Positions 22,620-29,649 of a DNA stretch of 29,649 bases are shown piece after piece. Within the stretch, counting starts at the first letter, position 1. Every line of letters begins with the position of its first letter. Under the pieces are notes generated by a model. The model was not told the DNA's origin and made no database searches. It saw only the letters and a program-made list of their open reading frames with translations. The translations under genes were made by a program, and so were the position numbers. The DNA is from Atractiella rhizophila (lineage: Eukaryota): assembly GCA_021432655.1 (NCBI GenBank), contig MU271326.1:62001-91649 (forward strand). Direction: 5' to 3'.

Positions 22620-23865
22620 GAACGTGAAATGATTGTCAAACCAATTGAACTTGGTGTTCATCCAGACAGTGCACCACACTATAGGTCAGTGCTTTATCTG
22701 AAGTGAGGAAGGATGGCAGTACTAATAGAGAGTACTAGCGTTGTACAGACAAAATTGAATGACTACAACATCTTTGTGAAGAACCATCGGGCTGCCCAGG
22801 CAATTTCACAATCCAAACAGTGTACGTGATATGCTATACACCTTCAGCCTGCAAAAAATATGGTAATACATTGTTTTATAAGTTAGATCTGTACACAGCG
22901 GTGGCGATAGAGGGAAAATGCTGGGCAAGAAGTACGAAGAGTTGAAAGCTGCTGCCATTGAGGCGGGGAAAGAACATCTGTTTCTACAGGCTCAGAAGAT
23001 CAAAGCGGCTTCGGAAAGCAGCTTTCACAGCTTCAAGGTATCACATGCCGATGATGAGAGCAGAGCTAGGGCCTATATGCAGAAGGTGAAAAGAGAAGTC
23101 AGTCTATTTCGCTGTCGCCGTTACGACTGCGCTCATTTCACCAATGTCTCTATATCAACAATGTGTCTGCTACTGCTCACTGTGAATTCGTCATCTTTTG
23201 CGTTTCATCACAGGCTCGAAATGGGGCATTCAAGACGGAAGCTTCATCTGATAATGCAATGAGCTTTGTCAATACACTCCTGACGGAAAATTGTATCTGA
23301 ACCAAGGGCACGACCCATGGTCTCTCATTTTGAATTACATGGCAGCGTATATACAGTCTCCACACACCCTCCCTAGCAGAATTATACGATCTGAGGCAGT
23401 AAACAAGAGAGAGCCAGTGCACCACTTACAGAAGCATGAAGGTCAGTTGACAATTCTATCTCATCACCTGACATCTGATATATTATGTAGATCAACTCCA
23501 CTCGTTAGATGATTGCCAGTATCAGGATGAAAACGAAACTTATGCAAAAAAGTTGTTGAAACAGCTTGCCAGTGAGTTGCACTTTACCGGTTGGTTACAA
23601 ATGTGAACTCATGAAAACTCAAAATACAGGTAATGCATTGCAGCAAGACTTCAAGGAATGGCCGGTTGCAAAGTTTGACAAAATCTTCAAGGGATGGAGC
23701 TTCTACTGTGAGGAATCAGACATGCTTAGTGCAGAGGACTTTGTAAATCACATGCAAGCCGGTTTGCAAAGGGCAGATGAGAACTGGCTAAAAGTGTTGA
23801 TTGAACAGCTAGAACAAGGTAATGTCATCCTTCAGGAGAAACCACGGCGTAGTAGGAAGAAATAA
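22620..23865 (+). pseudogene. Multi-exon hypothetical gene with an HMG-box-like segment, probably disrupted
   Basis: Short introns (about 22684-22738, 23442-23490, 23572-23629). Peptide LNDYNIFVKNH...RGKMLGKKYEEL is HMG-like. The C-terminal exon ends KPRRSRKK* at 23865. Middle exons contain stops or frameshifts. Confidence 0.45.
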
Positions 23866-25129
23866 TGGTTGGAGGATAGTAAAGGTATGTCTTCTCATAT
23901 TGCCTACTGAACTGAACTGATGACGGCTTTGATGTTCCAGTCCACACTGACACCATCCTACATTCTCTCTATTTCTGCTTTCATGAAGTAAATGACATTG
24001 AATTGATTTCATACATCGGCATATTACAGCTCAATTGAAAGCGTTAAGTACTGAGTACTCAAAACCAGCGTCAGTGATGAAGAAAATGTAGGTCCTGTTT
24101 TGAGAAAGACACTTTTGCAGCTCAAGGAGGATGCACTGGGAGGCTGTTGCTTGAAAAGGGATGTGTCTAATGCCACCAATGATGGATGCGGTGTCTCTTC
24201 TAGTATTCTCTGAGACCGTCAGGGAGGGACGACGATATTAATTGCAATAGAAGACATCTCTACACAGACACAAATGAAAGATGTACTGGTTTGGCATCTG
24301 CATGCTCTGTATTGCGCTTCACCTAGCTTCTTCTCTTCTTCACGTTCCCATGGCAGTGAAATTTAAAGCGGAGAGAAGGAGACGTGTGGGATCGCATGCG
24401 TTTTCCACTTAGTATACAATTCAGAGTCAATACAAAGGACACTCCTTAGGGGATAGGAGCAGAGGGATACGACATATATTGTGGCAGATACAGAGGTGCC
24501 TTCCCGCCTTTAGTGATTTCCTATTTTGGAATTCGCCTTTCCGACCAAGATACTGCCAATTCATGAATTCAGAGTTGTTTTGAGAATTGGTTGGGGCATG
24601 GTCTCGAGGGCCGTGAATCTGGTCTTCATTTCTCGGTCTCATGGGCCTGAAAGAGAGCCGACTGGGGTGGATTCGATACGCCTTAGAAGTCGAACTCGAG
24701 TCGAATGGTGAATCGAAGTGATGGGCTTGGTTGATTCGATGCCAACTGGGGTATCGGAGCCGGCGTGGGTTTGAGCCAATTTCGACAGCCATCCCTATTG
24801 ATTAGTTCTTTGACTAACAACTTATATTTTTCATAGCCACTCCATTGGATCAGGTCGCTAATCTTGCCAAGAGGGTTGAAGATCCTGAAGGCTGAAGTCC
24901 TACAAGCATAGAAAGATGACCTAGCCGGAGTGCTCAAGCACTTCAAGCCCACAATCCACCTCGTTCATGCTTGCCCTACCCGAGGGAATGGTGAAGGTGC
25001 AATGGTAAATTGTGCTCTGCAGCTGATGGAGCCCATCCCAAACGTCTGTGGGGAGCCAAGGCTGAAGCTGGAGAAATGCCGACTGACAGGAATGGAGTGG
25101 TCGACCATGCATGAGCTCGTTCCGTCATT

Positions 25130-26201
25130 TGATGAGAGTCTTTTGCCTTTTGTGATAAGCATGAAGCAATGGGCTGAAATGGGCTCCAGCTCTTTCAGGA
25201 GACAAGAGACAAAATGTCACAATCTGACAGGCCCAATCTCGCTCATGTGATACCAATGTTCAACAACATTGGCATTCACCTATGCCGGCTATATGAAGAT
25301 TATCAGTTGGACAGCGAGTGGCATTCCGCTGAGGCGCATATGGCTATTCGGAATGGTGCCAAGTGTGCCCACAAGCTGCTTGATAAGTAGTTCTTAAAGG
25401 TAACAGATGAGGCACATATATGCACTTCGGCACTTTGTACGCTCCTGGTCTTTCTGTCTTATTGCCTGGCCCACAGTTTGTCATCCAAATCGAAGGATGG
25501 CTTATTTGAAGTTGATAGATTGGGAAACAATTTGGATTGTGGATGCAGTCAACAGCCTAACAGGGTATTATCAAGAGTATTACACAGTAAGCGTGACAGG
25601 AGAGACTGACATGGGCCACACAGTATGTACTGGTTATCAACAAATCCTGACTGAATTATGGTTAGGACCAGCATCCATGAAAGAAGATGAAAATGGTGTC
25701 GTATGATCCGATGATCAAGCAATTGAATGGAACACCTGTTGAAGTGGACTTCCTTATGGAGTTTTTGGATACAAAATCAGAAGCCATGGTCTTGCGAGAG
25801 GATGGGTCAACAAATGAGCTAGATGCATTGAGCTACCACTACAAGGCTTGGAAGGCAGTAGGGTCAGAGCAGGAGAGGAAATTTGGGGAGCTTGCGATGG
25901 ACATTTCTGCCATTCCGTGTTAGTCCCTTCCTCAAGGCTCTTTGTGATCACTCTAACAAATCTTCTGATAGCTCTTCAACTGATGTTAAGAGGGCTTTTT
26001 CGGATGCTCACAGTCACTTACCTTAGCTCTTAGCAGATGTGGTGTGACTCAGTTCTTGCGTTTCACAGGAGATCCACTGCTGCATAGCTGAACAATGCCT
26101 TGCGAAGAAGAGGCTGGATCCGACATCATGATAGGCAATTTTGGGATACGGGTTTCAGCAAGGAAAGTCATGAAGAACTTGTCGCGTTAACAGCAAATTA
26201 G
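25130..26201 (+). pseudogene. Third hAT transposase, C-terminal half
   Basis: LQLFQETRDKMSQSDRPNLAHVIPMF, KLLDK, VCHPNRRMAYL..WETIWI and LAMDISAIP|..SSTDVKRAFS (dimerisation domain, catalytic E reads K). Short introns and stops are present. Confidence 0.85.
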
Positions 26202-26599
26202 CCTGAAAACAAAAATCCTAATCCACATTATCTCATAGATCCATTTATCCTTACCTCTAAAAGCCATCCGTTCTTGGCATGAGTCATAAAACACACTTTT
26301 AAGCGTTCATACCTCCCTCAGCAGGCACATTGAAACGAAATGAATTACACCATCTTACTGCATATGCTTGCACCTTTCTGAAGCCACGAGGAAATTTTGT
26401 TCTGAAGGAGGTAAAAAAATTTGTTTCATACTGGACTCAAACCCTCACAACAGTCACAGTAGGGTTCAAGGGGCCATGCCCCTTGCAAGTGGGGTGGGGG
26501 GCCTGAGGGACAAAGGCCTCTGACACACTTGTATGTTATGAGTGGCCACTAAGTAACGTAACCCTCATTGGTAAATGTCTTTCTACTCCATTCGCCGGC

Positions 26600-27863
26600 C
26601 AGAGAGCAAGGAGGCATCTGAGGCAATTAAGCCCATGGAAGGCAGATGCCGGGAATCTATATGTCCCTCCGAGTCCAGGTGCACACCAGAAATCCAAATC
26701 CATTCACCTCCTGGTGGTGCCTAGCGACTCTGCCTCGCCTGCACGCCTCCAGCAGCCTCCGTGGCCCTCCGATCTTTTAAACCTGGATGGAAACCTTTGC
26801 AAAATGTATGCTCCTTTTCTCGTTTCCTATTTTGCTTTCTGGCCGCTCTGGAAGCTGCAACAACGTGTGATATAATGAAAGTTATGCACGAGCAATTCTA
26901 TGCACAACTCCCACGGGTTCTATGCCAATATTTCACTTTCACTGGAAAACACATAGAATACACAGAAAAATAAACAGCATACTTTCTTCGTCTCGCCAAC
27001 CTCTGCCGCATCACTTTCCTTCAGGTGGTAATACCTCCTTCGGCTCTCCTTCTTCTTTCGATCCAAGCCTCCCTTTGTCATCGCAAACTCGTACAACTGG
27101 CGCCGAATTGTCTCCCCGTCTTCTGCAAAGCCGTGCACCTCTTCGCCAGCTTGGTTGTCATGGCATCCAATCCCCATCATTCCATTCTTCGAGAAATGAT
27201 CCGCATTGGCTGCGAATGCAATGAACTGTGTATGAAACATAGGCTGCTCGCGCTGAAACGGTATCCGCAGGTCGTACTCCGGAAGATTGCTATCCATTTT
27301 GAGACGTGTTGAGACGCTTGCGTCCGTCGAAAAGGAAGGATCCGTGACTTCTCCACCGTCGGCGTCATCTTGCCGTTTTTGGTAGGAGGGTTCGAAGGGT
27401 TAGTGATCGAATGAACCTTCGCCGCGCCGTCTTCTCCTTCAGACTATGGGGGATCAGTAAATTGGGAGGAGGCAAAGAAGTGAACATACACGTTCTTTTT
27501 CCTTTTCCCATTGCCGGACTCACTGTGCGTTCCAAGTGTCATTGTGAGCGCATAGTAAAAACAAATTGGTGAGTGTGAGCAAGCTATCGACGAATTCCCT
27601 CCGCGCTTTTTACCACCATGAAGCGGCAATGGTTGAACGCGAGTGGTGAAGGAAAGCCAGAAAGCAATCCTCATGAATTTGCCCATCATCAGTTCTTGAA
27701 TTCTGAATGTTCTCACTAACCTCGGTGGTGGGGATCGCGAAGAGGGAATGAAGGGAGGTGGCAGCTCTTACCCACAATAACGGACTCCGCATCTGCTGGC
27801 ATAAACAGTTTTTCTGGACGTATTCAGCTTCGCTTGCCCGCCTGATTCCTCCTATGCAGACAG
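26600..27863 (-). pseudogene. Decayed multi-exon hypothetical gene truncated by the Copia insertion
   Basis: ORF 26920-27297 ends at a GTATGC donor, with further GT..AG introns upstream. No recognisable domain. Confidence 0.35.
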
Positions 27864-28184
27864 TGAGAATTTGGCTAATCGAGGGAGCTAAATTCCCCAG
27901 CCACGTACAAAACGATACGAGTAAGATAAACGGAAAGTGGTTTCATTACAATAGATATGCGTACCTAAATTCCCCAGCCACGTACAAAACGATACGAGTA
28001 AGATAAACGGAAAGTGGTTGGGGAAAAGGAAACGAATAAGAAAGGAAGAAAAGCTTTAATAGTGCTGCAGAGCGGAGGAGTGAAATGCAAAGATAAATCC
28101 GCAATAAACAAAACATGCATAAGTTAGTGTGGTGTGTTCCAGTCTGTCGTGTCTGCTTCCCGATTCACCTTTCCATCTCCAACA
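27864..28184 (-). repeat. Copia 3' LTR (about 321 bp)
   Basis: Starts TGTTGG immediately after the PPT. The inferred end is AATTCTCA (Ty1-like TGTTGG..TCTCA) and is less certain than the start. It contains a 55-bp exact duplication (27888-27942 and 27965-28019). Confidence 0.75.
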
Positions 28185-28197
28185 CTCCCCCTCACTC
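28185..28197 (-). other. Polypurine tract
   Basis: GAGTGAGGGGGAG on the minus strand, between the pol stop (28208) and the LTR start. Confidence 0.9.
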
Positions 28198-28207
28198 GAA
28201 CGCTCTG

Positions 28208-29649
28208 TCAGCTCCCCAGTCCCATATTGTGGCAGAAAAGTGTATGTCGTTTGGCGGCCAAACCCTTCGTGAGTACATCTGCCACCTGCAGATGAGTGGG
28301 AACCCATTCTAGTGCGACGGCTCCATCTTCGACTTTCTCCCTGGTAAAGTGGTAGTGTACCTCAATGTGTTTCGTCCTCCCATGAGCCGCTGGATGAGAG
28401 GCAAGAGTGAGCGCGCCACGGTTATCCCCTCGTATTATGGTGGGTGAGGTGGGCGGGAATCCTAGGTCGGAGTATAGGCGACGTAACCAGACTGCCTCCC
28501 TCGTGGCGAGCGATAATGCAACGTATTCAGCCTCCGTGGAGGAGATCGCGACAGCCAACTGGCGCTTCGATATCCAGGAGATTGCGGCGCCAGCACTTCG
28601 AAAGAGTACTCCTGACACAGACCGGCGTGTGTGTGGATCAGCTGCATGATCTGCGTCCACAAAAGCGTCTGGAAACGGGTTCGGATACCGATAGCCATCG
28701 TAGACAAGGGCATAGTCGAGGGTCCCAGCGAGGTATCTGAAAATCCGCTTAACCGCGATCCAGTGTTGCTCCCCCGGATCCTCGCAATAACGTGCCACTT
28801 CGGAAACGGCAAAGGCGATGTCTGGGCGGGTGCATGTGGTGAGGTAGATCAACGCTCCTACAGCCTCGCGGTATGGGACTGATGCCATGTAAGTCCTTTC
28901 CTCAGCCGTTCGCGGTGACAAATCCGCTGACAACCTCCTGCTCGCGTCGCAAGGCATAGATACCGGGGAAACCTTGGTTCCGACGTATTTTTCGATCAGG
29001 CATCTCGCGTACCCTGCCTGGTGCATCCGTACGCATCCCCTCAGTTCGTCACCTTCTATCTGTATCCCGAGAAACACCTTCGCCTCTCCCGTCTGGAGTT
29101 TGAAATAGGACGCCAACTGCGCAAAAATGTCCACTACAAGATCCTCGCTCGTAGACACCACCAGTCCATCGTCGACGTGGAGACAAAGGATGAGGAAGTC
29201 GGCATCCTTGCGGAGGACGTATACGCCGTGGTCTGCTTCCGTACGCTTAAAACCCAATCCCGTGAGCACCTCCTGTATTTTCTTCCACCATTGCCTTCCA
29301 GCCTGACAAAGACCATACAGAGCCTTCCGCAGTCGATATACCTCGTTCGGTCTGTCCTTGTCGACGAAACCCTGTGGCTGTCGTATGTACACTTCTTCCT
29401 CGAGTTCGCCGTTAAGGAACGCATTAGAGACATCGAATTGGTAGCGGTACATGCGCAGCTGAGCAGAGAGGGCCACAACCGCGCGCACAGAAGCGGATCT
29501 GCAGGTAGGTGCCCAAACTTCATTGTAATCCACCCCTTCTTTCTGCTGATCTCCCCGTACAACCAGGCGCGCTTTGTACTTGATGACGTTCCCCTCCGGA
29601 TCCCTCTTGATCAACAGTACCCACTTCACTCCAAGCGGTCTCCTTCCAG
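28208..29649 (-). CDS. pol: Copia Pol: reverse transcriptase + RNase H (5' partial)
   Basis: Uninterrupted 473+ aa with KWV..YKARLVVRG..Q..GVDY, FDVSNAFLNG, LRKALYGLCQAGRQW, LHVDD, TRPDIAFAV, FVDADHA, SSTEAEY, GDN, RTKHI and ADVLTK. Confidence 0.97.
   Translation of the reverse strand, partial: GRRPLGVKWVLLIKRDPEGNVIKYKARLVVRGDQQKEGVDYNEVWAPTCRSASVRAVVALSAQLRMYRYQFDVSNAFLNGELEEEVYIRQPQGFVDKDRPNEVYRLRKALYGLCQAGRQWWKKIQEVLTGLGFKRTEADHGVYVLRKDADFLILCLHVDDGLVVSTSEDLVVDIFAQLASYFKLQTGEAKVFLGIQIEGDELRGCVRMHQAGYARCLIEKYVGTKVSPVSMPCDASRRLSADLSPRTAEERTYMASVPYREAVGALIYLTTCTRPDIAFAVSEVARYCEDPGEQHWIAVKRIFRYLAGTLDYALVYDGYRYPNPFPDAFVDADHAADPHTRRSVSGVLFRSAGAAISWISKRQLAVAISSTEAEYVALSLATREAVWLRRLYSDLGFPPTSPTIIRGDNRGALTLASHPAAHGRTKHIEVHYHFTREKVEDGAVALEWVPTHLQVADVLTKGLAAKRHTLFCHNMGLGS

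Larger units (their letters stand above)
27864..29649 (-). mobile_element. Ty1/Copia LTR retrotransposon, 3' part (runs off the window)
   Basis: Intact RT-RNase H ORF, then a polypurine tract, then a TG..CA LTR. Confidence 0.95.

Noticed and set aside
24427..25130. Several overlapping ORFs, possibly a retroelement or gene relic
   Set aside because: No recognisable motif in any frame, so left unannotated.
28407..29562. Antisense and alternate-frame ORFs over Copia pol
   Set aside because: Shadow ORFs of a GC-rich coding sequence.
1..29649. A coherent novel multi-gene system such as a defence cluster, Starship or endogenous virus
   Set aside because: No tyrosine recombinase, capsid, viral polymerase or intact co-oriented gene set was seen. 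The pieces are better explained as independent nested insertions and decay.

Overview
Eukaryotic, most likely basidiomycete fungal DNA, inferred from the 43-65 bp GT..AG introns, the fungal NLR relic and the fungal-type TEs. The window is essentially a transposon graveyard with nested insertions and decayed genes. It contains three decayed hAT transposases, one complete 498-bp hAT MITE (TIR plus 8-bp TSD) nested in an LTR, four LTR-like elements and two Tad1-like LINE relics. It also has a Ty3/Gypsy RT fragment, a pogo-like remnant, a probable Helitron 3' end and, at the right edge, an apparently intact young Ty1/Copia element (RT-RNase H, PPT, 3' LTR). Host-type relics include an NLR (STAND NTPase-TPR) pseudogene, an ABCC transporter NBD fragment, a Zn2Cys6-like pseudogene, an HMG-like spliced gene and a degenerate tRNA-like sequence. 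I see no clearly intact host gene and no convincing complete novel system. The best leads are a Helitron terminus next to the NLR/ABC fragments, a conserved structured element in two LINE 3' UTRs, and a motif shared by three otherwise dissimilar LTRs. All family calls come from motifs recognised by eye, with no database searches.
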